The notes: generated from the sequence alone by a model not told the origin. DNA of 64,000 nucleotides from an uncultured Gammaproteobacteria bacterium (GCA_963697245.1 CAVONH010000021.1:59080-123079); one strand, 5' to 3'. Counted from the first letter of the stretch, positions 36,537 through 49,436 are shown. Numbers and translations: made by a program.

Positions 36537-37739
36537 TCAGGAGATCACCGGCTCCGACATCTTGTCGCGCCCGTACTGCAGGAAAATGCGGCCGCGCGCA
36601 TCGGGATCGATGTTCACCCTGTCGAGGTCGCCCCGGATATGCGGCAACGCGAGCAGCCGCTTGTCCATGACCCTGAACCAGAGCCACGGTACGTAGGCGA
36701 GCAGGTAGACGCCGAAGTAACCGTTCGGCAGCTGCGGCAGGTCCTCGAAGTGCCGCAGGGACTGGTAGCGCCGCAGCGGATGGGTGTGATGGTCGGAGTG
36801 TCTCTCGAGGTGGAACAGGACGAGGTTGCTGAAGACGTGGTTGCTGTTCCAGGAGTGATGGGGTTTGCAGCGCTCGTACTTGCCGGTCTCGTCTTTCATG
36901 CGCAGCAGACCGTAGTGTTCGACGTAATTGGCGCTCGTCAGCTGCCACCACGCAAACAGGGTGTGCAGCAGCAGGAACGGCAGCATCACCCATCCCAGCG
37001 CCAATACGAGCCCGGACCAGATCGCCGCGGTCAGGGCATAAGACTGCAGGATCTGGTTGCCCGGGTTCCAGGCGGACTTGCCGCGCCGGTTGAGCCGATC
37101 CTTCTCGATGCGCCAGGCGCGCAGCAGTGCACCCGGCATCTCGCGCGCCGCGAACTTGTAGATGCTCTCACCCATGCGCGAACTCGCCGCATCCTCGGGC
37201 GTCGACACTTCGCCATGGTGTCCGCGATTGTGATCGATGGTGAAGTGGCCGTAGGCTGGCACCGCGAGCACGATCCTGGCGAGCAACTTCTCGAGCTGTG
37301 AATTCTTGTGACCCAGTTCGTGCCCGGTGTTGATGGCGAGGCCCGCAGTCATGCCGGCAACGACCGCCAGCGCGAGAAACGCCCATGCGCTCAGGTCCTG
37401 CGTGCCGGCATACCACGCGGTGCCGAAAAGGGTCACGAAATGCAGCGGCACGACGATGTAAGTGAGGCGCCGGTAGTAGGGGTCCCGGTCGAGCTGCATG
37501 ACGATCTCTTCGGGCGGGTTGTTTTCGTCCTCACCGACGATCATGTCGAGGATCGGTGCGATCACGTAGTTGAGCAGAAAGGGCAGCAGCAGCCAGAGCT
37601 CGTTACCCGTGGCGACGTGCAACGCGATACCGGCAAACGGCTGTAACGGGTACAGAACCGAGAGTAACCACAGGCGTCGTTTTCGGTCGACGTAGTGGAT
37701 TGCCTCGCCGTTCGGCAGCGTTCCCGTATAGCCTGTCAT
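36537..37739 (-). CDS. alkB: Alkane 1-monooxygenase (integral-membrane di-iron hydroxylase)
   Basis: His boxes HELGHK, DHNRGHH and LERHSDHH, plus NYVEHYGL. Start MTGYTGTLPNGEAIHYVDRKRRLW (ATG complement at 37737-37739). Confidence 0.88.
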   Translation of the reverse strand: MTGYTGTLPNGEAIHYVDRKRRLWLLSVLYPLQPFAGIALHVATGNELWLLLPFLLNYVIAPILDMIVGEDENNPPEEIVMQLDRDPYYRRLTYIVVPLHFVTLFGTAWYAGTQDLSAWAFLALAVVAGMTAGLAINTGHELGHKNSQLEKLLARIVLAVPAYGHFTIDHNRGHHGEVSTPEDAASSRMGESIYKFAAREMPGALLRAWRIEKDRLNRRGKSAWNPGNQILQSYALTAAIWSGLVLALGWVMLPFLLLHTLFAWWQLTSANYVEHYGLLRMKDETGKYERCKPHHSWNSNHVFSNLVLFHLERHSDHHTHPLRRYQSLRHFEDLPQLPNGYFGVYLLAYVPWLWFRVMDKRLLALPHIRGDLDRVNIDPDARGRIFLQYGRDKMSEPVIS

Positions 37740-37929
37740 CGTCTGCCCCTGGTTGTGCCCGCAAGGCCGGATTATCGCCCGTTTGACAGTGCCGCTCCAA
37801 ATGCGGTCGGCGGCGCGTCGAAAAACTATACATATTTCGATCGCCGCTCCGCGAAACCCGGGGGGAACCGCGGCAACGCACGCTTTCGCAGCGCTGGTAC
37901 GCAAATTGCCTTATAGTTTTTACCCACAA

Positions 37930-38457
37930 ATGGAACACAGAGGGTTGGCTCGGGTGAATCGAAAAACAGCGGCCGCGCTGGTGATCTCGTCATGTCTTGC
38001 AGCGGCTTGCGGCGGCGACGGCGCATCGTCCACAGCCGGTGAAGATCCCGCCGCGGCGCTGACCGCCTCGACACTGGGCGAGCAGACGGTGCTCGCTGCG
38101 GCGGATTACCTGCTGCAGGCCCCGTATGCCGGTGCCGACCGGGAGAACGGCCAGCGTCTTGCGCAGATGTGCAAGGCGTGTCATACCGTGCAGGACGGCG
38201 GGGTGCACATGATCGGCCCGAACCTGTTCGGTTTTTTCGGCACGGTGGCGGGCTCGGCCGAGCGCTACGCCTATTCCGCCGCGCTGCAGGAGGCCGAATT
38301 CGTGTGGACGCCGCGGGCCCTCGATGCGTGGCTTGCGCGGCCGGCGCGGTTTCTGCCCGGTAACCGGATGAGTTTTCCGGGCGTATCGAGCGCGAGCGAC
38401 CGCGCGGACGTGATCGCGTACCTGCTGGAGGCCACCAGCCCACAGGCAGGCGACTAG
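37930..38457 (+). CDS. c-type cytochrome (cytochrome c2-like) lipoprotein
   Basis: Lipobox LAAAC and heme motif CKACH, followed by GPNLFGFFG...PGNRMSFPG (Met ligand region). Confidence 0.8.
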   Translation: MEHRGLARVNRKTAAALVISSCLAAACGGDGASSTAGEDPAAALTASTLGEQTVLAAADYLLQAPYAGADRENGQRLAQMCKACHTVQDGGVHMIGPNLFGFFGTVAGSAERYAYSAALQEAEFVWTPRALDAWLARPARFLPGNRMSFPGVSSASDRADVIAYLLEATSPQAGD

Positions 38458-38501
38458 CGGTCGGGTGGCGGCGTGCGATACTCTGGAGGCGGTCACGGCA
38501 G

Positions 38502-39005
38502 ATGCGAGCAGGAAGCGGGACATTGACGGACATGGACGAGACGATGAGTGACAGCAGCAGCGCGGCCGAGCGGCGCGCCGCCGACGAGCGGCGCGAGTTC
38601 AGCTGGCGCACCGTGTTCTTCGGCTTCACCCGGTCCCGGCGGCATTTGCCGCGCCGCGGCGAGGACAGCGGGGTTATCTTCCTCGACTGGCATCATCCGT
38701 GGCTGTTCTTCCTTGCCGTCGGCATCATGCTGCTGAGCTGCGCCGACGCGTTCCTCACGCTCACACTGATGCAGCACGGCATGATCGAGGCGAATCCGAT
38801 CATGGCCGGCATGCTTAACCAGGGCGGCTCGGCATTTGCCGTCAGCAAGGTCGTGATGACCGGCACGAGCATCCTCATCCTCGTGTTCCTGGCGAAAGCC
38901 CGCTTCATGAACCGCTTCCGCACGGGTCTTTTCCTGACGTTTTTCTTCAGCGTTTACTGCTGCCTGGTGTGCTACGAGATCGTCCACCTGCTGGCGGTGC
39001 TTTGA
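38502..39005 (+). CDS. DUF5658 family membrane protein
   Basis: Arg-rich N-terminus, then CADAFLTLTLMQHGMIEANPIMAGML and further TM helices. The start could be an internal Met (38532 or 38544). Confidence 0.6.
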   Translation: MRAGSGTLTDMDETMSDSSSAAERRAADERREFSWRTVFFGFTRSRRHLPRRGEDSGVIFLDWHHPWLFFLAVGIMLLSCADAFLTLTLMQHGMIEANPIMAGMLNQGGSAFAVSKVVMTGTSILILVFLAKARFMNRFRTGLFLTFFFSVYCCLVCYEIVHLLAVL

Positions 39006-39117
39006 CTATCGTATCGTTTCCAACGCTTGTGGCTTGGGCTACACTAGCGGGCCTTTTTGACAGCCTGAACAGATAAGCGGGTAAACGCAGGGCGAATCGC
39101 CCCTAAAATCCATCCTC

Positions 39118-41993
<2,876 letters not shown>

Positions 41994-41997
<4 letters not shown>

Positions 41998-43241
41998 CCA
42001 TTGAAATCAAAGTGCCGGCGCTACCGGAATCGGTGACCGACGCGACCCTCGTTGCCTGGCACAAGAAAGCCGGCGAACGCGTCAGTCGTGACGAGAATCT
42101 CGTCGACCTCGAGACCGACAAGGTCGTGCTGGAAGTGCCGGCACCGGCCGATGGCGTCTTGCAGGAAATCAGGGTTGAGGACGGCGCGACCGTGACCGCC
42201 GGGGACGTGCTGGCGGTGCTGGCCGAGGGCGAGGGTGCCGCGGCGGCGTCGACCGAAACCGAACCGGAGGAAGAGCAGGCCGAGGAAAGCGAACAGGAAG
42301 CGGCCGAGGAGCCGACCGCGAGCAGGGAGCGCCCCGCGAAGGCGGGCAAGACCAGCCCGGCGGTACGCCGCCTGCTGGAGGAGCACGATCTCGATGCGGC
42401 GATGGTGGCAGGGACCGGCAAGGACGGCCGTATCACCAAGGGCGACGTCATGAACTTCCTGAAGACCGACCAGAGCAGCGATGTCACTCCCGGTGACCGC
42501 GCGCCGGCGGTCGAGGAAGGGGAAGCCGTCGTCGGGCTCGCGCGCACGGAGCAGCGTGTTCCGATGACGCGACTGCGGTCGCGTATCGCCGAGCGCATGG
42601 TGGATGCCCAGCAGACTGCGGCGATGCTCACGACCTTCAACGAGGTCGACCTCACGGAGGTCATGGCGCTGCGCAGCCGCTACAAGGATTCCTTCGAAAA
42701 GAAGCACGGCGTGCGGCTGGGTTTCATGTCCTTCTTCGCCAAGGCGGCCGTCGAGGGCCTGAAGAGGTTCCCGGTCGTCAATGCGTCGGTCGAGGACAAC
42801 GACATCGTCTACCACAACTACTACGACATCGGCATCGCGGTCTCGACCGAAAGGGGCCTGATGGTGCCGGTGCTGCGCGACGTCGACCAGATGGGCTTTG
42901 CCCGCTTCGAAGCGGAACTCACGGCAATGGCGAAGAAGGCCCAGGATGGCGCGATCGGCATGGACGACCTGACCGGCGGCACCTTCACGATCACCAATGG
43001 CGGCATATTCGGTTCGATGATGTCGACGCCGATCCTGAATCCGCCGCAGAGCGCGATCCTCGGTATGCACAATATTCAGCAACGGCCGATGGTGGTCGAT
43101 GGCGAAATCAAGATCCGCCCGATGATGTATCTCGCCGTGACCTACGATCACAGGATCATCGACGGGCGTGAGGCCGTGCAATTCCTGGTCACGATCAAGG
43201 AGCAGCTCGAGGATCCGGGCCGGCTGTTGTTGGAAGTCTGA
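41994..43241 (+). CDS. sucB: Dihydrolipoyllysine-residue succinyltransferase (E2o)
   Basis: Lipoyl domain ([18 protein letters not shown]), E3-binding domain ([13 protein letters not shown]) and catalytic domain ([12 protein letters not shown]). It overlaps the sucA stop by 4 nt. Confidence 0.95.
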
Positions 43242-43256
43242 GGAAGCAGGTAAACG

Positions 43257-44681
43257 ATGAGCAGAAAATTTGATGTCGTGGTTATCGGGGCGGGCCCCGG
43301 TGGCTATATCGCCGCGATCCGCGCCGCGCAGCACGGACTGTCCGTCGCTTGCATCGATGAATGGCAGAACAGGGACGGCAAGCACGCCTTCGGCGGCACC
43401 TGCCTGAATGCCGGCTGCATTCCGTCGAAGGCCATGCTGGAATCGTCGGAGCTGTATCACCGTGCCGGCCACGAATTCAAGAAGCACGGTATCGAGACGG
43501 GCAAACTCGGGCTCGATATCGCCGCGATGCAGAAGCGCAGGGCCGGGATCGTGCGGCAGCTGACGGGCGGTATCGCCGGACTGTTCAAGGCCAACAAGGT
43601 AGAAGGCCTCGTAGGGCACGGCAAGTTGCTCGCCGGCAAGAAAGTCGAGTTCAAGCCGTTGGATGGTGACCCGGAAGTGCTCGAGGCAAAGAACGTCATC
43701 CTTGCCTCCGGATCCGTGCCCATCGAACTGCCGTTCGCGAAGTTCGACGGCGAGTCGATCATCGATTCCTGGGACGCGCTGGAACTTGAGGCGGTGCCGA
43801 AACGGCTCGGCGTCATCGGGGCGGGCGTAATCGGCCTGGAACTCGGCAGCGTCTGGTCGCGGCTCGGCTCGGAAGTGACAATCCTGGAAGCCATGGACGA
43901 CTTCCTCTTCATGGCCGATCGCGATGTCGCGAACACGGCGGCGCGCGACTTCAAGAAACAGGGGCTCGATATCCGGCTCGGCGCGAAAGTGACGGCGGCC
44001 AAGGGCGGCAAGAAGGGCATAAAGGTCGAGTACGACGACAAGTCGGGTTCGCACTCCGTCGAGGTCGACAAGCTCATCGTCGCTGTCGGGCGCAAACCGT
44101 ATACCGAGGGCCTGCTTGCGGACGACGCCGGCATCCAGCTTGACGATCGCGGCTTCATCGTCGTCGACCACGAGTGCCGCACGCGCGTCAAGGGCGTGTA
44201 CGCGATCGGCGATGCCGTGCGCGGGCCGATGCTGGCGCACAAGAGTTCCGAAGAAGGCGTGATGGCCGCCGATCTGATCGCCGGCGAGGTTGCCGAGGTC
44301 AATTACAACGTCATTCCGTCGGTCATCTACACGTCGCCCGAGATCGCCTGGGTGGGCAAGACCGAAGCCGAGGTGAAAGAAAGCGGCCGGCCCTACAAGA
44401 AGGGCTCGTTCCCGTTCGCCGCCAGCGGCCGCGCCAAGGCGATGGAACAGACGTCCGGCATGGTGAAGATCATATCGGCGGAGGATGACGACGAGGTGCT
44501 CGGCGTGCACATCGTCGGCCCGATGGCCGGCGAACTGATTTCCGAAGCGGTGCTCGCGATGGAGTTCTCTGCCAGCACCGAGGACATCCAGCGCACCATC
44601 CACGCGCACCCGAGCCTTGCGGAAGCGGTTCACGAGGCCGCGCTCGCCGTCGACAAGCGCGCCCTGAACTACATGAACTGA
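43257..44681 (+). CDS. lpdA: Dihydrolipoyl dehydrogenase (E3)
   Basis: VVVIGAGPGGYIAAIRAAQ, redox-active GGTCLNAGCIPSKA and the C-terminal HAHPSLAE motif. Confidence 0.95.
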   Translation: MSRKFDVVVIGAGPGGYIAAIRAAQHGLSVACIDEWQNRDGKHAFGGTCLNAGCIPSKAMLESSELYHRAGHEFKKHGIETGKLGLDIAAMQKRRAGIVRQLTGGIAGLFKANKVEGLVGHGKLLAGKKVEFKPLDGDPEVLEAKNVILASGSVPIELPFAKFDGESIIDSWDALELEAVPKRLGVIGAGVIGLELGSVWSRLGSEVTILEAMDDFLFMADRDVANTAARDFKKQGLDIRLGAKVTAAKGGKKGIKVEYDDKSGSHSVEVDKLIVAVGRKPYTEGLLADDAGIQLDDRGFIVVDHECRTRVKGVYAIGDAVRGPMLAHKSSEEGVMAADLIAGEVAEVNYNVIPSVIYTSPEIAWVGKTEAEVKESGRPYKKGSFPFAASGRAKAMEQTSGMVKIISAEDDDEVLGVHIVGPMAGELISEAVLAMEFSASTEDIQRTIHAHPSLAEAVHEAALAVDKRALNYMN

Positions 44682-44769
44682 TCGGCGCCCTGTCGCATTC
44701 GCGGGCCCAGGCCCGCTCCTACATGAACTGATCGGCGCCCTGTCGCATTCGCGGGCTCAGGCCCGCTCC
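44670..44769. repeat. 50-bp tandem duplication spanning the lpdA stop codon
   Basis: TACATGAACTGATCGGCGCCCTGTCGCATTCGCGGGCCCAGGCCCGCTCC (44670-44719) is repeated at 44720-44769 with one mismatch (C/T at 44756). The first copy contains the last lpdA codons Y-M-N-stop. Confidence 0.9.
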
Positions 44770-44815
44770 CGCAGCAAGACGAAGCGGTGTAGGAGCGGTT
44801 CTCGAACCGCGACCC
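44699..44815. repeat. Cluster of three REP-like palindromic elements (two direct, one inverted)
   Basis: TCGCGGGCCCAGGCCCGCTCCTAC is at 44699-44722, with a degenerate copy at 44749-44772. The inverted GTAGGAGCGGTTCTCGAACCGCGACCC is at 44789-44815. The shared architecture is GTAGGAGCG, a variable 10-nt palindrome, then CGCGA. Confidence 0.6.
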
Positions 44816-44828
44816 GGTCGGGCCAGCC

Positions 44829-46304
44829 TCAGCCCTCGCGCTCCCAGAAGTCGGCGTTCTTGATGCCGAGCTTTTTCGGGTCGAAGGTGTACTTCGTCAC
44901 GCCCGCTTTCATCTGCGCTTCGTAGTCCTTCAGCGCGGTCAGCGCCGGTCTGCCCATCAGGAACAGGATGAGGATACCGATGATGTTGAGCCAGGCCATC
45001 AGGCCCACGCCCATGTCACCGAGCGCCCAGGCAAGGTCCGCGGTGCGTACCGTCCCGTAGAAGACGGCGCTCAGCATCAGCACTTTGAGCACGGTGATTT
45101 CGCCGGGAATACGAATGGAGCGTCGTATGTAAGCGACGTTGGTCTCGGCGATGTAGTAGTAGGCGAGGATCGTCGTGAACGCGAAGAAGAACAGCGCGAA
45201 CGCCACGAAGGTCTTGCCGAAACCGCCGATAACACTCTCGAGCGCGTACTGCGTGAACGCGGGGCTGTTCGCGAGCACGTCGGTGCTCAGCAGGCCGCCG
45301 CTCTCCGTCGCTTCGACGCCCGTGACGTAGTACTGGTTGGTGATCAGGATCATGAATGCCGTCGCCGAGCACACGAACAGCGTGTCGACGTAGACCGAGA
45401 ATGCCTGCACGAGACCCTGCTGCGCGGGATGTTCGACCTCCGAGGCCGCGGCCGCGTGCGGGCCCGTGCCCTGGCCGGCTTCATTGGAGTAGACGCCACG
45501 TTTCACGCCCCAGCCGATCGCCGCGCCGATGCCCGCCATCGGCGTGAATGCGTCCGTGATGATCAGCATCAGGATGCCCGGCAGGGCCGTGATGTGCATC
45601 AGGATGATGACGATCGCCAGCAGCACGTAACCAACCGCCATGAACGGCACGACGACCTGTGTAAAGTGCGCAATGCGCTTGACGCCGCCGAAGATGATGA
45701 AGCCGAGCAGGAACACGACGAAAATGGCCGTGGCCAGCTTGGTATAGGTCACCGAGCCGAGCGAGGTTTCCAGTACACCGGAACCGCCGAAGGCCAGGTC
45801 CGCCGCGTTGCCGATGGCGTTCGACTGCACGGTCGGCAACAGCAGGCCGACGGCAAAGATGGTCGTGATGGCGAATATCCACGCGTACCACTTCTGGCCC
45901 ATGGCCTTCTCGATGTAGTACGCGGGTCCGCCGCGCAACTGGCCTTCGTCTTCTTCCTTGTAGATCTGGCCGAGTGCAGACTCGACGTAGGCGGTCGCGG
46001 CGCCAAGAAAAGCAACGACCCACATCCAGAAGACGGCACCGGGACCGCCGAAACCGATCGCTGCGGCCACGCCCGCAATGTTGCCGGTTCCCACGCGGCC
46101 CGACAGCGATACCGATAATGCCTGGAAGGACGAGATGCCGCGATCGGACTCCTTGCTCGAGAACAGCAGCTTGATCATCTCGCGGAAAAGGCGCACCTGC
46201 ACGAAGCGGGTAAGAACCGAATAGAAGAGCCCCGCCGCGAGCAGCAGGTACACGAGTACCGGGCTCCAGACAAAGCTGTTGATCAGATCGACGTATTCCT
46301 GCAT
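44829..46304 (-). CDS. Alanine/glycine:cation symporter (AGCS family)
   Basis: 491 aa, polytopic. Translation: ...SSFQALSVSLSGRVGTGNIAGVAAAIGFGGPGAVFWMW...SNEAGQGTGPHAAAASEV. This is the typical AGCS signature. Confidence 0.88.
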   Translation of the reverse strand: MQEYVDLINSFVWSPVLVYLLLAAGLFYSVLTRFVQVRLFREMIKLLFSSKESDRGISSFQALSVSLSGRVGTGNIAGVAAAIGFGGPGAVFWMWVVAFLGAATAYVESALGQIYKEEDEGQLRGGPAYYIEKAMGQKWYAWIFAITTIFAVGLLLPTVQSNAIGNAADLAFGGSGVLETSLGSVTYTKLATAIFVVFLLGFIIFGGVKRIAHFTQVVVPFMAVGYVLLAIVIILMHITALPGILMLIITDAFTPMAGIGAAIGWGVKRGVYSNEAGQGTGPHAAAASEVEHPAQQGLVQAFSVYVDTLFVCSATAFMILITNQYYVTGVEATESGGLLSTDVLANSPAFTQYALESVIGGFGKTFVAFALFFFAFTTILAYYYIAETNVAYIRRSIRIPGEITVLKVLMLSAVFYGTVRTADLAWALGDMGVGLMAWLNIIGILILFLMGRPALTALKDYEAQMKAGVTKYTFDPKKLGIKNADFWEREG

Positions 46305-46356
46305 GCCCCTGTCCTTTGTTGTTCTGCTTTTTGGCCCCCGAGAATAGTAACTGAAA

Positions 46357-48489
46357 TCAGGATCGCCGTTGTACGCTGATCACGTTGGGCAGCTGCTCCA
46401 GCCGGGTCATCGCGGTGCTCAGGGTCGGCAGGTCGCGGATCTCGACGCTGATCTCCATCACCGTCTCCAGCGTCTTCTTGTCCGTCTTGCTCCTCAGGTC
46501 GGTTACGTTGGCCGCTTCGTCGGCGAGAATCGTGCTGATATCGCGGATCAGGCCACTGCGATCGTAGGCGCGCAGCGTCAGGTCCACGGGGTAGGTCGCC
46601 GATTCCGAGCGACCCCAGTCCACCTCGATGATGCGCTGCGGGTGACGCCGGTTGAGGCCGAGGAAGTTGCCACAGTCCTGGCGGTGAATGCTGACGCCCC
46701 GGCCCTGGGTGATGTAGCCCGAGATCGGTTCCGGCGGCACCGGGCGGCAGCAGCGTGCGAAGTTGCACATCAGGTCGCCCACGCCGCTCACGGCCACGCC
46801 TTCGGCTTCGCCGGTCCTGCGTTGGCTCGGCCTGCGCCGCTTCAGGGCTTTCGAGGTGTCGACGCCGCGCATCTGCTGCAGCGCCGTTGCGACGGCGGCA
46901 GGCGTGATGTCGCCCGCACCGAGCGCGACGCAAAGGGTGTCGGTGCCGTTGAATTTCAGTTGTGCCGCTATGGTGTCGGTCGCCACGTCCCGCAGGTTGA
47001 GGCGCCCGAGTTCCCGCTCCAGGATTTCGCGCCCCTGGCGCAGATGCTGGTCGCGGTCCTGCAGGCGGAACCAGCTGCGCACCTTGGCGCGGCTGCGGCC
47101 GCCGGCCAGGTAACCGAGCCGAGGGCTCAGCCAGTCGCGGCTCGGCTGCGCATGGCTGCCCGTGATGATCTCGATCTTGTCGCCGTTCTGCACCTTGTAG
47201 GTCAGCGGCACGATGCGGCCGTTCACCTTCGCGCCGCGGCAGCGATGGCCGACCTGGGTGTGCACGTAATAGGCGAAATCGAGCGGCGTCGCGCCGGCCG
47301 GCAGTTCGACCACGTCGCCTTTCGGGCTAACCGCGTACACGCGGTCTTCGAAAAGGTCGTCGCGGATCTGGTCGAGCAGGTCGCCGCTGTCATTGCCCGG
47401 ATCGAGCAATTGCCTCAGGAAGCGGATCTTCTGGTCGAAGGCCGCCGGCGTGCCGCCGCCCTCCTTGTAGCGCCAGTGAGCGGCGACGCCGAGTTCCGCC
47501 TGCCGGTGCATGTCGAACGAGCGTATCTGCACCTCAACGGTCTTGCCCTGCGGGCCGATCACGGCCGTGTGCAGCGAGCGGTAGTCGTTCTCCTTGGGAT
47601 TCGCGATGTAGTCGTCGAATTCGCCCGGCAGGTAGGACCACAGGTTGTGCACGACACCGAGGGCCGCGTAGCAGTCCTTGACATCGTTCACCAGGATACG
47701 CACTGCCCGGATGTCGAACAGGCTTTCGAGGCCGCGGTCCTTGCGCTGCATTTTGCGCCAGATGCTGTAGATGTGTTTCGGCCGGCCGGTGATTTCCGCG
47801 GGTACGCCGGCTTCGTCGAGCTCCCGTCGCAGGATGCCCTTGACGTCTTCGATGAATGCTTCGCGCTCCTCGCGTTTTTCATTGAGCGCGCCCGCGATCT
47901 CTGCGTAGGTGTCCGGCTCGGTGTAGCGAAACGCGAGATCCTCGAGTTCCCACTTGAGCTGCCAGACGCCCAGGCGATTCGCGAGCGCGGCGTAGATCTC
48001 GCGGGTTTCGGTGGCCAGCGCCTGTTTCTCGGCGGCGGACGCCGACTTCGCCGCGCGCATGCGGTGCAGCTGTTCGGCGATCCGCACCAGCACCAGCCGC
48101 ACGTCGGATACGACCGCCAGCAGCATCTTGCGCAGCGCCTCGGACTGCTTCACGGCGAGCGCCTCGCCGGGCTGCCAGTCGGCGGGCAGGGAGAAGCGGC
48201 CGAGCCGCACGAGACCCGTAATTACTTGAGAAAGTGTCGATAATTTACTGTTATTTAAGGAATCATCTTCAACAAAGCCGTCGCGAAACAGCGGGTAGAG
48301 GTGCACCGCGGCAACCACGTCCTGGGGCAGTCCCAGCGATGCGACGATGGCGGCGATGGACTCACCGTCGTGCACCGCCTGCTGCAGCCCCGGGCGCGGC
48401 GGCAGGGCGGCGACGAAGTCTCGCGCGGCCGCGACGATATCCGCCTGTTCGGCGCCGTTGTCGTGATTTTCAGGTTTCGAAACCGCCAT
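46357..48489 (-). CDS. relA: GTP pyrophosphokinase RelA ((p)ppGpp synthetase I)
   Basis: Start MAVSKPENHD (ATG complement at 48487-48489). Synthetase core GRPKHIYSIWRKMQRK...DIRAVRILV...DDYIANPKENDYRSLHT...VEVQIRSFDMH, plus TGS and ACT domains. The degenerate N-terminal HD region is consistent with RelA rather than SpoT (inference). The listed ORF start at 49092 is an antisense over-extension. Confidence 0.9.
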   Translation of the reverse strand: MAVSKPENHDNGAEQADIVAAARDFVAALPPRPGLQQAVHDGESIAAIVASLGLPQDVVAAVHLYPLFRDGFVEDDSLNNSKLSTLSQVITGLVRLGRFSLPADWQPGEALAVKQSEALRKMLLAVVSDVRLVLVRIAEQLHRMRAAKSASAAEKQALATETREIYAALANRLGVWQLKWELEDLAFRYTEPDTYAEIAGALNEKREEREAFIEDVKGILRRELDEAGVPAEITGRPKHIYSIWRKMQRKDRGLESLFDIRAVRILVNDVKDCYAALGVVHNLWSYLPGEFDDYIANPKENDYRSLHTAVIGPQGKTVEVQIRSFDMHRQAELGVAAHWRYKEGGGTPAAFDQKIRFLRQLLDPGNDSGDLLDQIRDDLFEDRVYAVSPKGDVVELPAGATPLDFAYYVHTQVGHRCRGAKVNGRIVPLTYKVQNGDKIEIITGSHAQPSRDWLSPRLGYLAGGRSRAKVRSWFRLQDRDQHLRQGREILERELGRLNLRDVATDTIAAQLKFNGTDTLCVALGAGDITPAAVATALQQMRGVDTSKALKRRRPSQRRTGEAEGVAVSGVGDLMCNFARCCRPVPPEPISGYITQGRGVSIHRQDCGNFLGLNRRHPQRIIEVDWGRSESATYPVDLTLRAYDRSGLIRDISTILADEAANVTDLRSKTDKKTLETVMEISVEIRDLPTLSTAMTRLEQLPNVISVQRRS

Positions 48490-48684
48490 TTGGCAGAACT
48501 TCACAGTGTGCCTGTTCCGGCAATAACCGTTATCATACGCGCTGATTTCGGCCCCGTGGCCCCGGCCGGATTCAGACTTGGGCATCGGGCATGAAATCGT
48601 ATCAGGCAAAGATGACCGGCGTGAGCACGGACCGGGTCCGTTGCGGGCGTGCAGGGGTCGCGCAGACAGAACAAGCGGAACAGC

Positions 48685-49428
48685 ATGGCAGGACACAGTA
48701 AGTGGGCGAATATCCAGCATCGCAAGGGCGCCCAGGACAAGAAACGCGGCAAGCTCTTCACGAAGCTGATTCGTGAGATCACGATTGCGGCGAAGATGGG
48801 CGGCAGCGACCCTGTCGCCAATCCGCGCCTGCGGCTGGCGATCGACAAGGCCAAGGCGCAGAGCATGCCGAAGGACAACATCGAGCGGGCCGTCAAGCGC
48901 GGCGCCGGGGAACTCGAAGGTGCCGAATTCCAGGAGATCCGTTACGAGGGCTATGGACCGGGCGGGACCGCCGTGATGGTCGACTGCCTGACCGACAACC
49001 GCAACCGCACCGTGGCCGAGGTGCGGCACGCGTTCTCCAAGCACGGCGGAAATCTCGGCGCCGACGGTTCGGTGAATTATCTCTTCAACCACGTGGGCCT
49101 GTTACTGTACCCGGAAGGATCCGACGAAGAGGCGATCATGGAAGCGGCGATCGAAACGGGCGCCGAGGACGTGGTCGTGGACGACGAGGGCTCGATCGAG
49201 GTGCTGACGGAGCCTGCCGAATTCGAACGGGTGCGCGATGCCATGCGCGAAGCGGGATTCGAACCCGAATCGGCGGAGTTGACGATGCGCGCCTCGACCA
49301 GCTCCGAACTCGAGGTGGACGACGCCGCATCGATGGTCAAACTGCTCGAAACACTGGAGGATCTCGACGACGTGCAGGAGGTCTACAGCAACGCGGACAT
49401 CAGCGACGATGTGCTGGCGCAGCTCTGA
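48685..49428 (+). CDS. yebC: YebC/PmpR family DNA-binding transcriptional regulator
   Basis: [70 protein letters not shown] is near-invariant family sequence. Confidence 0.92.
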   Translation: MAGHSKWANIQHRKGAQDKKRGKLFTKLIREITIAAKMGGSDPVANPRLRLAIDKAKAQSMPKDNIERAVKRGAGELEGAEFQEIRYEGYGPGGTAVMVDCLTDNRNRTVAEVRHAFSKHGGNLGADGSVNYLFNHVGLLLYPEGSDEEAIMEAAIETGAEDVVVDDEGSIEVLTEPAEFERVRDAMREAGFEPESAELTMRASTSSELEVDDAASMVKLLETLEDLDDVQEVYSNADISDDVLAQL

Positions 49429-49436
49429 GAATCGCA

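Noticed and set aside
39040-39117. Sigma70 promoter for sucA (TTGACA at about 39056)
   Set aside because: I could not find an acceptable -10 hexamer at 16-18 nt spacing, so the support is too weak to report as a feature.
42021-44633. 870-aa ORF on the minus strand
   Set aside because: Antisense to sucB and lpdA. It has no motifs and the same high-GC artefact composition.
48490-49092. 201-codon N-terminal extension of the relA ORF (listed start 49092)
   Set aside because: The extension is antisense to yebC and has no RelA similarity. MAVSKPENHD at 48489 begins the homologous region.
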